From the IMG/VR virus record IMGVR_UViG_3300046517_000746: 64,000 bases of DNA; one strand, 5' to 3'. The position numbers and the translations under genes are program-made. The DNA is from an uncultured virus (IMG/VR IMGVR_UViG_3300046517_000746). Its lineage: Duplodnaviria; Heunggongvirae; Uroviricota; Caudoviricetes. Below are positions 8,603-18,450 of this stretch, piece by piece; the first letter of the stretch is position 1, and each line of letters begins with the position of its first letter. The notes beneath the pieces were generated by a model. It ran no database searches. It saw only the letters and a list, made by a program, of their open reading frames with translations, and was not told where the DNA came from.

Positions 8603-10738
8603 ATGGCACAAGTTCCATATCAAGGCTATCCAGAACAGGGCGTTCAAGACGTTCCTTTAAAGGTTAGCACCACTACTGGTGCCTTTGGAGGTAGTATAGC
8701 CGAGGGCGTTTCTAGCGTTGGTAAGTCCATGCAGCACGTCGGTGACGAGCTTTGGGATCGTGCTCGTGAGATAAAGCAGCTTGAGAACAAAGCCATCAAT
8801 GATGAGGCCGCTGCACAGTATTCAACATACATCGGTGAGAAACACGCTAAGTACGAGACAAAGCAAGGCCAGGCGGCTGCTGAGGGCTTAGATGCACACG
8901 TTGCCGATATGAAGGCTGAACGGGAGCGGATGGAAGCTACGCTGCCTAATGAGACGGTCAAGAGGGAATTCAGAGGCACCACCCTCAATATGTATAGTTG
9001 GGGCGTTAGGCACGCTGCTGGTCATGCTGCTACGGAACAGAAGAAATGGGGCAAGCTCGCTGGTGACGCACGGAGTGATGCTGCTGAGCAACAGACGCTA
9101 CAAACTCCAGAAGATGATGATGCCTTCAATAAAGGTCTTAAGGTAGCCGAGGATGTAATAAGGGCCGATACTACTATCACTGACTTCGGCCCTGAGCATA
9201 CTGCCCATATGCTATTTAAGAAGAAGAGTGAGATGTGGGCCAATCGAGCGATGATGCTCTCTAACAATAACCAAGAAGCTGGCGCTGCTATGTTGCAGCG
9301 GATGAAGACAGACCAAGTTGTTGATCCTAGGGATTACGAGAAGGCAGAGAAGTATATACAGAACCAGGTCCATACCGTAGTGAGTAGGAATATCTCCGAG
9401 GCGGTTAATGGAGGCTTCGCCCCGTATATGGGGCAGAGTGAGATCATCAGAGCACAAGGGGTTGACTCGTCATTGGTTGAGGTTTTCAAGCAGGCTCAGA
9501 GAGACAATCCTGATCTTAGAATGACTATTGGTGGTCAAGGTGGTAAGCGTACACTAGAGGAACAAAAAGGAATTTTTGCACAGGGGCGTACTACTCCTGG
9601 GAAAATTGTTACCTGGACCCTCGATAGCGACCATGTCAAAGGCAGGGCCTTGGACGTTGTACCGAAGGACAAATCCACAACGCAAGAACAAATCACAGCC
9701 GCTATGCAAGCGGCTAGTGAGAAGTTAGGCATCCCTCTTGCTGTGGATGAGGCTCTTAAAGCCAAGGACCCCGATCATTACGCTCTTCCAAAGGAGTACG
9801 ATTCGACAAAATTCCAACGTCCTGCGGATGAGACCTCGGCATCTAAGCAACAGAGGGCGAGAGAGTATGTAAGAACTCAGTACCAAGACGATCCTAAGAT
9901 GATCTACTCAGTTGGCGATAGGGTAAGAGCGGATAACGATCGGCAGATTGTTGAACAACATAAAGAAGAGCAACAGAGATTTCTACGGGTGGCTGACTAT
10001 GTCTACGGTGTAGGGCCTGATGGGCAGAAGATAACAAATCAAGATCAGCTTGTCAATAACCCTGTGATGTTCGGAATCTATCAAGGCATGGAGGAGCCTG
10101 GGAGGAGAAGGATTGATAACATTATTAAGGCCAATGCCAAAGAACCCACTGCGGAGACTGCGGAGAAAGCTGTCGCAACGCAGAAGGTTCTTGACATGTC
10201 AACGGAACTTAGTGGGAGAAGAGAAGCATTTATGAAGATCGACCCTGCTGAGTTGTTAGATAAGGGAATAGTATCAACCAGTGGCATGAAGACGATAGCG
10301 GCTAAGCAGCGTGAGATACTTAATAACCAAGCCAAGGACAATCATCGCTTATCCACTGCAATGAGACTTTCTCACAACTACCTTAAAGCGAACAACATCA
10401 TCTCCGGCTCGGAGGAAGAAGCCTCATTCATGGGTGCTATGAATCAATGGCTACAGGAACCAGAACGGGAGAAGAAGGCTCCTAGAACGGATCAAGAGAT
10501 CCTCGATAAGGCCAAGCAGCTAACAGAGACCTATGGTGCTACCAGCCTTGGCTTGTTCTCAATCGGTGGAAGATTTGGATTTGTTCCACCGAAGGAGTTC
10601 ATTAACGACATCACACCTAAGTTCAAGACTGATCCTAGGAACGTAACAAAGCGAGATCCAAAGCCAGAAGAACTCTCTCGGTTCTGGGAATACTCCCAGT
10701 CTCATCCTAACTGGCGTAAGGAGTTAGGTTATGAGTAG
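8603..10738 (+). CDS. Internal virion/ejection protein (gp15 position) containing an M15-family peptidase domain
   Basis: Helical protein with internal RTLEEQ...AQGRTTPGKIVTWTLDSDHVKGRALD...DPDH (SxH-x6-D, DxxH zinc motif). Confidence 0.75.
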   Translation: MAQVPYQGYPEQGVQDVPLKVSTTTGAFGGSIAEGVSSVGKSMQHVGDELWDRAREIKQLENKAINDEAAAQYSTYIGEKHAKYETKQGQAAAEGLDAHVADMKAERERMEATLPNETVKREFRGTTLNMYSWGVRHAAGHAATEQKKWGKLAGDARSDAAEQQTLQTPEDDDAFNKGLKVAEDVIRADTTITDFGPEHTAHMLFKKKSEMWANRAMMLSNNNQEAGAAMLQRMKTDQVVDPRDYEKAEKYIQNQVHTVVSRNISEAVNGGFAPYMGQSEIIRAQGVDSSLVEVFKQAQRDNPDLRMTIGGQGGKRTLEEQKGIFAQGRTTPGKIVTWTLDSDHVKGRALDVVPKDKSTTQEQITAAMQAASEKLGIPLAVDEALKAKDPDHYALPKEYDSTKFQRPADETSASKQQRAREYVRTQYQDDPKMIYSVGDRVRADNDRQIVEQHKEEQQRFLRVADYVYGVGPDGQKITNQDQLVNNPVMFGIYQGMEEPGRRRIDNIIKANAKEPTAETAEKAVATQKVLDMSTELSGRREAFMKIDPAELLDKGIVSTSGMKTIAAKQREILNNQAKDNHRLSTAMRLSHNYLKANNIISGSEEEASFMGAMNQWLQEPEREKKAPRTDQEILDKAKQLTETYGATSLGLFSIGGRFGFVPPKEFINDITPKFKTDPRNVTKRDPKPEELSRFWEYSQSHPNWRKELGYE

Positions 10739-13700
10739 CATGTTCGACAGTGTTTTTAGCACTGATGAAAAGCCTCCTGATGACATGTTCTCATCTGTCC
10801 TAAGCCAATCGGCACAGCAATCCGACGCAAGGCTTAAGACGATAGATCTCGATCCAGCTGCTGCATCGAAGGCGGCTATCACAGCTAGGGATTTGAACGT
10901 CAGTCCGAATGCTGTAGCGCAAGATCCAGACCACTTCAATAAGGTTCATGATACATCCATCGCTTCATCGATAGTCCAGGGCAGTCAGTACCTCAGAGAC
11001 TACGTCAATGCCCATCCGCTATCGGCCAGCATCTCAGCGGATGATTGGCCGATGCTACATCAGTTCGTTAAGTCCGCGGAGAAGTTTAGCCCTTCGGAAT
11101 TCGGTGCTCAGGTACGCAAGTTCGAAGAAGCCACTGGTCCTATTGCTGGTGGGGAGATCTTAGGGTCATTTGTTAAGACCTTCTTCTCGACCATGTGGGA
11201 TCACAAGGTTGGTGAGTGGCGCAATCGTGATCCCAGGTTCATGGAGTATGATCGATTTGGTGGATGGGCTCTTCTTGGTGTGCCGATTGAGGCCGCTGGG
11301 GCTGTTCTCGACTCTGGTATGAAAGCCCTTGATGCTAGCTCCACCGAGTTCGGTAAGCAGATGGGTTGGGATGACCAGACAGTTGAGCAGTTTAAAAGAA
11401 ATTTTATGGGCTTCGTCGAGTACAAGGTAATAGAGCCCTCGCATACGCTTCATCTATCTGAACAGAATACTATCAGGCTTCAAGCGGATCAGTTCAAGAA
11501 GGTCATCCAGCCCTATCTAGAGAAGGGAGAACCTATCCCTGTTGGTACGCATCCTATTACGGATAAGATTGCGGTGGAGCAGGCGAAGCTGGATGCGGAT
11601 AACCTAGCAGAGGCACTGAAGGACGCCGCTAAGTCAGAGACCCTTAAGCTTGATCCGGATCACTTCTCGGATAACCTCGCAGATAAGATAGTTAAGGACG
11701 TAGACGTTGGCATTACCGCCGAGTCGCTTAGAAAGACCTTTGGTGAGAACCTCCCTGAATGGATAGAGGGAGCAGAGGATCGGATCATCCATGCTGAGAA
11801 ATCCAATGGAGATCTTCAAGTCCCATTGAAGGACGTGCTTGCGCATCCGGATGATATGAAGGATCTAGTGCCCAGCACTAGGGTGCGTCCTAACGCCATG
11901 ACCCTAGAGGAGTCCAAGCTTCACTCGGAACAAGAGACAGCGAGGAAGGAGGTTCCGGAGCATTTGAGTTCTGGTGATGCTACTGTTGATATGCTTAGGA
12001 AGGAGGCTGGGTTAGAGCCGACGTTTGATGATCAGAGATTGCAGAAGCTAAGGCTTGTACGCGAGGCAGTCGATCAAGAACTCGAAGCCTTTGATCGGGA
12101 ATTTCCTGAAGTTGGGCACCATTACTTTGATATAAACGATGCCCAAGATACTAAAGTTGGAAGGATTTCTCTTCAAGAACAAGAAGGCGGTAAGCATCTA
12201 CATATTGATTGGATTGGTGAAGCAGGAAACGCTTTCTTATCACGCCCAAATGCCTTTGGTCCTCGTGTTGTTCGTGATTTATTAGCACAGCTTAGACAAG
12301 AATTCCCTGAAGCAGAGACTATTGGTGGAATGAGAGTCTCTGGCGCTAGAGAGGTAGCTGAAGCCCCAGAGCGTGGTGTTAAAGTCAGACTCGACATGGC
12401 CACTAACGCTGAGCTCGAGAAGTTCATTAGTAACTTCAGACTTGGAATGTTACCCTTTCCAAAGGGCTCTATCCTTACTCCTACGAAGCATCTGGAAGGT
12501 GGAAAGGCCTATGAGTCCTTGGCTAAGTTCAGGCTTAGTAGTGGTATAGATGCACTACCCCCTGAAGCCTTAAGGGAGGTTCCAGAAGCTCTTCGTACAC
12601 TGTTTGCAGGTAAGATAAAGCAGTTAGCTGGCGATACTATGGTACACGTTATCTCTAGCTCGGACTTCGATTACATACATCCCGGTGGGGCTCATGCCTT
12701 CTATAGTGCTACTAATCATAAGATAATAATACGAGATACAGCAGCTGCATTGAGCCCTTCAGCCTATGCACATATGTTACTACATGAAGGTGGTCATGCT
12801 GCTACTTACAGGGCTATGCTCACTCATCCTGAGTTGATGGAGAAGCTTGAAAGCCTACGCCTCTTTATTAAAGATAGAATAGACCGCTTAGGAGATGATC
12901 GAGTCTCAGGAGTTATGTCTTATGGTCTCTCTAAGTCTTGGGAGCTACTGGCTGAATCGTGGTCTAATAAACACTTCCAAGAAATCCTTGCTGGTATCCA
13001 GCTAGACTCACACATGAGGCAATTCCTAGATCTTCCACCTAAGTCCAAGACCTTATGGGATGCGGTTAGAGAGATAATAAGTCAGGCCATTGAGAAGGTA
13101 CTTGGTAAGAGACTGGATGATACTGCCCTCGATGCTATCCTGAGCTTCGGTAAGGACTTCGAGAAGATCCACGCTGTGGAAGGGGAAGGGTTAAGGGTGC
13201 GCGGTGGGGCAAAATGGGAGGCGTTCTTTAAAACCACGGCCGATCCAGCCTTAGCTCGACCGGAGATGGCCAAGCGTCCAGAGAAGCGTCCATTAACAAA
13301 AGAAACGGTCTCTAAGTATGAGGAGGCTACGAAAGCGTTTTACAAGCAACGTGATGAAATTCAAAGTCGTGGTCAAGAGCGAAGTCAGCAAGCTGCTGAG
13401 GCCCGTGAAGCAGGGGATATAGAGGGTAGTCGTAGATTAGCAGGTGAAGCAGAGAAGCTTAGGGAGCAATGGGCTAGTATGGAGGCTCCTAAGATAGAGG
13501 ATTTCATTGAGCCTGTACCGAGTGAGAAGGAAGCAAAGCCAGGTGAAAAGCCCTTCACCCCAGCGCCAGTTGGTTTCACTCAGAAGATGCATGACAACTA
13601 CCTCAAGGCACTCGACCAACTCGCAGATGGAGCCAACGAAGCCAAGCGCAAGGCTTACATGGATAACGCAAGGAAGCAGGAAACCTCGCTTTGGAAAGAC

Positions 13701-16700
13701 GAGAAGAAGGCGGTTCGTGAAGACGTGGCAGCGCAGTTGAATAACCATCCTGTCTTCAAGCTCGACGAGATGCTCCGTGGTGGGACGAAGGTCCTGACTG
13801 AAGGGCTGACGGATGCTCAGATAGCGGCGTTGCCTAAGAAGAACGTTACAGGATACAAACGTCAAGGTGGGGTATCGATTGATGACCTTGCTAAGGTTCT
13901 AGATGTAAGCTCTGGCAATAAGCTGATGATCGACTACATGGCAATGCTCGATGAACGCAATGCCTCAGGACACAAGTACAAGGAGTACCTCAACCGAAAG
14001 ATCGACGCAGAGACCGAACGGCAGATGGAGTTGCAGCATGGGGACCTGAGCCAGCGGATTACCGAACGTGCGTTGGATCATATCTTCTCTGAGGAACAGG
14101 AGCGGATACTATCTGAGGAGACGTTGCGCTACGCTATGAAGGCGGGGAAGAAACCAATACCTAGGGAACAGATAAAGGCTGAGATCCAACAGGACCTTAG
14201 CGCTGAGTTCATTAAGGATATCAAGTCCAAAGACTTCATGGCCAACGGTGCTAGGGAAGCTAGGTTGGCGGAGGAGTATGGTATCAAAGGAGATCCTGCC
14301 AAGGCCTTTCAACATGCGCAGAATAGAGAGTACGCCTATTACAAGGCTCGGTTGGCAAGAGAGTATGAGAAGGAGAAGGCTCAGCTTGATAAGAAGTTGA
14401 AGGTGTTGAAGGAGAGGGAGCTACAGAAGACTATCTCGCAGGAATACCTTAACGCTGCCCATACGATTATGATGAAGCTGAACATCCCAGTTGATCGGCT
14501 CCCAGAGGATCTAGTCAAGGAGATGCAAGGCATAGGGCAGAAGGGTCTTGCTGATTGGGTTACCCAGAAGGAAAAGGATCTAGCTGTTGAGGGGATTAAG
14601 TTTGATATACCTGACTTCCTGCTCGATCCTGACTTCAAGACAAACTACAAGGACCTAACCCTGTGGGAATTCAATGGCGTTAAGCAAGGCATCGACCTTC
14701 TAGATCACCTTGGGAGGGAGGAGAAGAAGGCTAAGTTCGAGGGGCAGAAGGTGGTGCTTGAGGATCTTGTTGGTAGGATGAAGGAGCAGATAGAGAAGAA
14801 GTTCTCATTCAGGGACGAGCCAGCGACTAAGGGGAAGATGTCCGGACTTGGGGATCTATACAAATCTGCGTTAGCTGCTTCAACAGGAATGGAGACGGTG
14901 TTCTTTAGGTTTGATGGGAGGGATTTCAATGGGCTCTTTACCAAGACATTTACTTACCCCGGTGCTGAGGCAGCAAATTACCTAGCTCGATTGGAGCGTG
15001 AGTTCGGTGCGGAATATGAGAAGTTAGGTGAGATCCCAAACATGAAGCAGCTTCTCGATTCACCATTGAGACAGGCAAATGGTAGGCCATTGAAGAACTT
15101 CACTAGGGCTAATCTTCACGCTATCATTTCCAATATGGGAAACGATTACAACTGGAGAGTCTTCACAGAGGGATGGAGAGTTGATCCCAAGGTCCTTTGG
15201 GATTGGGTTATTGAGAACTCGACCAAGGAGGATTTCGATAGAGCCCATGCGCTATCAAAGATCTTTGGCAAGGCCAAGGGAATGTCTGATGTGGTGTATC
15301 GAAACCTATATGAGATAGCTCCAGAGAACATTCCAGTACGGCCATTTGAAGCACATGGAAAGCAATACCCTGGTTGGTACCATCCTATCATTCGTGATCC
15401 ACTTAGAAGTAAGCTCGACCTATTAAAGACAGCCGATCCGTTAGAGCAAGGGCCTACGTCTTACTGGCCCTCTCCACCGAATTCATATGTTAAGCGTCGG
15501 ACCGGAGCTATTGATGTATTGTCTCTGACCTATGATATGATTCCATTGGAGCTAAACAAAATCCTCAACGACGTTGCAATGCGGGACTTCATATATAACT
15601 CCAGGAAGATTATCCGTAATGGCGAATTCCGTACGCTTATTAAGGACCATTACGGCATGGAGTATATACAAGAGATGGATGCATGGCTTGCGCGAGCCGC
15701 TGGACAGAATTCATACAACTCCAAAGCCATGGCAATAGCAGCACATTACTCAAATGAGATACGAAGGAACGTTGTCACAACACATATTGCCTTTGGTATT
15801 GGCACCGTACAAAAGCACGGTGCCACTGCATCCATTATGTCAGCTAGAGAGCTAGGGCCAAACACTCTCTTTGGTGCCGCTAAGATAGCTAAGCTCGGCG
15901 GAGAGATTGGGGCTAACTGGATTTATCATGCGGTTACAGATCTATTCGGGAAGGACCCATATCTAGGTGAGACGTTGTCGAAATGGATTGATGATAACTT
16001 CGAAGAGATCCAACGGCGTGAGCGGAATTTTCTAGATTCAGTAACGGACTATCATAAGAAGTATGAGGATAAATCTAGCATACGTAACCTAATTGCCTAT
16101 TGGGGTTCTAAGGCAGTTGCGTTCTCAGATAAAATCTCTGCTAAGCCTTTGGTTCTAGGGGCGTATAGAAAGGCATTGCAGGAAACGGGCGATCATGGAT
16201 ATGCGGTGAGCGTAGCTAGCTTCGCTGTTCGTCGTGCGCATGGATCGACAGCGGTTACTAGCCTGCCTAGGATTGTTACAGGCAGTGGCATCATTGAGCC
16301 CTGGATGACTACGTTGTATACCTTCCTTGGTGCTAACATGCAACGACGGATAGAGATTGCGCATGATGTCAATGACATGTACAAGCTTGGTCGAGAAGGA
16401 GAGTTGAAGGCCGCTGCTAAGGCACTGCCTGGGATAGTTGACTCGTTCATGGCGAATGTGATCTGGGTTGGGGTTGTTGAAGAATTCGTTACGCATCAGT
16501 TCACTGACGATCATCGAAGTGGTCTTCAGCGAACGCTATCGTTCTTCTTTCATACCCTAACGAATGCCACTATTGGTCTGAAGGATTTCGTGTGGGGTAT
16601 AACGCATGGCAAGGATCCACAGCTGGGCCTAACCGGTGCGCCGCTGTCGGAGCTCCATGAATTGATAAGGGACTTCGGAAAGCCAGGGGGTCCGATGTCT

Positions 16701-16895
16701 AAGCAAAACGCTGGGAAGTTTGTTGAGGATGCGATATCAGTAGCGGGCGACTTGACAGGCGTAGGACCAAAGCCAGTTGGTCGTGCGATGCATTATGGGA
16801 TCGACGTTCTTAACCGACAACAGAGACCCCACGGTGGTAGTGATCTTTATCGTGGAATATTCTCAGGTAAGCAACAGCCACATGTGACAAGGTAA
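10731..16895 (+). CDS. Giant internal virion/ejection protein (gp16 position, 2054 aa) with zincin-like HExxH domain
   Basis: Size and position; LLHEGGH at ~12777-12797 with downstream ELLAE. Confidence 0.75.
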   Translation: MSSMFDSVFSTDEKPPDDMFSSVLSQSAQQSDARLKTIDLDPAAASKAAITARDLNVSPNAVAQDPDHFNKVHDTSIASSIVQGSQYLRDYVNAHPLSASISADDWPMLHQFVKSAEKFSPSEFGAQVRKFEEATGPIAGGEILGSFVKTFFSTMWDHKVGEWRNRDPRFMEYDRFGGWALLGVPIEAAGAVLDSGMKALDASSTEFGKQMGWDDQTVEQFKRNFMGFVEYKVIEPSHTLHLSEQNTIRLQADQFKKVIQPYLEKGEPIPVGTHPITDKIAVEQAKLDADNLAEALKDAAKSETLKLDPDHFSDNLADKIVKDVDVGITAESLRKTFGENLPEWIEGAEDRIIHAEKSNGDLQVPLKDVLAHPDDMKDLVPSTRVRPNAMTLEESKLHSEQETARKEVPEHLSSGDATVDMLRKEAGLEPTFDDQRLQKLRLVREAVDQELEAFDREFPEVGHHYFDINDAQDTKVGRISLQEQEGGKHLHIDWIGEAGNAFLSRPNAFGPRVVRDLLAQLRQEFPEAETIGGMRVSGAREVAEAPERGVKVRLDMATNAELEKFISNFRLGMLPFPKGSILTPTKHLEGGKAYESLAKFRLSSGIDALPPEALREVPEALRTLFAGKIKQLAGDTMVHVISSSDFDYIHPGGAHAFYSATNHKIIIRDTAAALSPSAYAHMLLHEGGHAATYRAMLTHPELMEKLESLRLFIKDRIDRLGDDRVSGVMSYGLSKSWELLAESWSNKHFQEILAGIQLDSHMRQFLDLPPKSKTLWDAVREIISQAIEKVLGKRLDDTALDAILSFGKDFEKIHAVEGEGLRVRGGAKWEAFFKTTADPALARPEMAKRPEKRPLTKETVSKYEEATKAFYKQRDEIQSRGQERSQQAAEAREAGDIEGSRRLAGEAEKLREQWASMEAPKIEDFIEPVPSEKEAKPGEKPFTPAPVGFTQKMHDNYLKALDQLADGANEAKRKAYMDNARKQETSLWKDEKKAVREDVAAQLNNHPVFKLDEMLRGGTKVLTEGLTDAQIAALPKKNVTGYKRQGGVSIDDLAKVLDVSSGNKLMIDYMAMLDERNASGHKYKEYLNRKIDAETERQMELQHGDLSQRITERALDHIFSEEQERILSEETLRYAMKAGKKPIPREQIKAEIQQDLSAEFIKDIKSKDFMANGAREARLAEEYGIKGDPAKAFQHAQNREYAYYKARLAREYEKEKAQLDKKLKVLKERELQKTISQEYLNAAHTIMMKLNIPVDRLPEDLVKEMQGIGQKGLADWVTQKEKDLAVEGIKFDIPDFLLDPDFKTNYKDLTLWEFNGVKQGIDLLDHLGREEKKAKFEGQKVVLEDLVGRMKEQIEKKFSFRDEPATKGKMSGLGDLYKSALAASTGMETVFFRFDGRDFNGLFTKTFTYPGAEAANYLARLEREFGAEYEKLGEIPNMKQLLDSPLRQANGRPLKNFTRANLHAIISNMGNDYNWRVFTEGWRVDPKVLWDWVIENSTKEDFDRAHALSKIFGKAKGMSDVVYRNLYEIAPENIPVRPFEAHGKQYPGWYHPIIRDPLRSKLDLLKTADPLEQGPTSYWPSPPNSYVKRRTGAIDVLSLTYDMIPLELNKILNDVAMRDFIYNSRKIIRNGEFRTLIKDHYGMEYIQEMDAWLARAAGQNSYNSKAMAIAAHYSNEIRRNVVTTHIAFGIGTVQKHGATASIMSARELGPNTLFGAAKIAKLGGEIGANWIYHAVTDLFGKDPYLGETLSKWIDDNFEEIQRRERNFLDSVTDYHKKYEDKSSIRNLIAYWGSKAVAFSDKISAKPLVLGAYRKALQETGDHGYAVSVASFAVRRAHGSTAVTSLPRIVTGSGIIEPWMTTLYTFLGANMQRRIEIAHDVNDMYKLGREGELKAAAKALPGIVDSFMANVIWVGVVEEFVTHQFTDDHRSGLQRTLSFFFHTLTNATIGLKDFVWGITHGKDPQLGLTGAPLSELHELIRDFGKPGGPMSKQNAGKFVEDAISVAGDLTGVGPKPVGRAMHYGIDVLNRQQRPHGGSDLYRGIFSGKQQPHVTR

Positions 16896-16932
16896 CTAAG
16901 GGGCCGGGGGGCCTCAAGAAGGAGAAACGTAG

Positions 16933-17271
16933 ATGTCTGTCGTACCCGTTACTATCAATGGAGTAGCTTATCCAAAGAACAAGAAAGACCCACCGTTCCC
17001 GGTGACCATCGTCGGGCAGGCGTGGATCAGTGGTCTTGTGGTTGGCGGTGGCCCGTCACCTGGAGGTCCCGGTGATCCACCTCTCACTATCTGGGGCGAT
17101 ATCGGTGACTATATCGACGCTGGCTTCCCTGGACCACAGCCGCCAGCGGAGATCCCAACGACTCCGACTGAGCCAAAGCCACCACCGGCAGGTGGCGGAT
17201 GGGGCTGGTCGCCTGATTATGGTTGGGGATACTTCCCACCCCCAGGCTCTGCAACACCAAAGAAGAAATAG
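16933..17271 (+). CDS. Pro/Gly-rich hypothetical protein
   Basis: AAGGAG SD; ends in GGGWGWSPDYGWGYFP. Confidence 0.7.
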   Translation: MSVVPVTINGVAYPKNKKDPPFPVTIVGQAWISGLVVGGGPSPGGPGDPPLTIWGDIGDYIDAGFPGPQPPAEIPTTPTEPKPPPAGGGWGWSPDYGWGYFPPPGSATPKKK

Positions 17272-17280
17272 GAGAATGAA

Positions 17281-18234
17281 ATGAATCTGCGTGGTAAGGT
17301 AAGTTGGTTCGGTGGCCCTGATGATACGGGCGTTGATCCAGATGAGGGGCTTGCCTTCATCGCAGAGGTTGAGCAACAACCGAGTATCTTCCTGCCGGAA
17401 CAGCCGCCGGGTACGACTGGATTAGCTCGGCGGCTGGATCCTGATAAGTACTACATAGCTTGTAGGTGGGACTATGATGAAACCCCTGCCTTCATGCTGA
17501 TAGAGGAGATGGCCTTGGTCCGTGCGCCAAAGACAGGGCGTTCATTCAAGGCCTATCCAGCGGATTGGGGGCCGCATCAGGACACAGGAAGGATTGCGGA
17601 TATCTCTCCAGGGTTAATGCATGCGCTTGGGATTAAGACTGACGATGATGTGGAGGTTACGTTCCCTGTCAAGTCAAAGATAGAGGAGGACGAGATGTCA
17701 TATGAGTCTGTTGTTATTTCATCCGGTCATGGCTATTATGTGCGCGGCGCCAGCGGCGTCCTTGATGAAGTGGATGAAGCTCGATTAGTTGTGGACCGTG
17801 TAGCGGAGTTGCTCGATGCTAGAGGCGTTGAAGTTAAAACCTTCCACGACAATACTAGCAGGGATCAGACAACGAACCTCCATACTATCGTTGACTTCCA
17901 CAACAAGCAAGAACGTGACCTCGATGTCAGCGTCCACTTCAACGCCTACGAGAATACCGACAAGCCAATGGGAACTGAGTGCCTCTACATCAGTCAGCAA
18001 GCGCTTGCAAGTGAGATCGCCAACGCCATCTCTGCCTGTGGTTTTATCAACCGCGGAGACAAGAAGCGGACGGACCTTTACTTCCTCAACCAAACCGAGA
18101 TGCCTTCCATCCTAATCGAGGTGTGCTTCGTTGACTCAACGGCTGATGCTGCTATCTATGATAGTAAGTTCGACCAGATCTGTGAGGCTATAGCGACAGT
18201 CCTTGGGGGAAAGGAAAGGGTAATTGGTGTGTGA
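17281..18234 (+). CDS. Endolysin: N-terminal DPBB/RlpA-like domain plus N-acetylmuramoyl-L-alanine amidase (Amidase_3)
   Basis: VVISSGHG, E, VSVHFNA and PSILIEVCFVD amidase zinc motifs; N-terminal DWGP...GRIADISPG. Confidence 0.85.
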   Translation: MNLRGKVSWFGGPDDTGVDPDEGLAFIAEVEQQPSIFLPEQPPGTTGLARRLDPDKYYIACRWDYDETPAFMLIEEMALVRAPKTGRSFKAYPADWGPHQDTGRIADISPGLMHALGIKTDDDVEVTFPVKSKIEEDEMSYESVVISSGHGYYVRGASGVLDEVDEARLVVDRVAELLDARGVEVKTFHDNTSRDQTTNLHTIVDFHNKQERDLDVSVHFNAYENTDKPMGTECLYISQQALASEIANAISACGFINRGDKKRTDLYFLNQTEMPSILIEVCFVDSTADAAIYDSKFDQICEAIATVLGGKERVIGV

Positions 18235-18450
18235 ATGCGCAATGTTCTGTTCTCCCTTATCCTGCTCACGTCGATAGATGGAAAGCCGATCTGGGTTGAG
18301 AGCACAGCGGTGGTTGTCATCCGTGCGCAGTCGCATGAGTGTGCATCAGGACACGGTGCGGTGATTAGGGTTGGGAGTAACGCCTTATGTGTTAGGGAGA
18401 CACCGGATGAGATACGTGAGAAGGTAAGATTAAATGAGCCTAAGTTTTAG
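18235..18450 (+). CDS. Small hypothetical protein (weak FlbD/SwrD-like pattern)
   Basis: LTSIDGKPIWV...VRETPDEI. Confidence 0.55.
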   Translation: MRNVLFSLILLTSIDGKPIWVESTAVVVIRAQSHECASGHGAVIRVGSNALCVRETPDEIREKVRLNEPKF

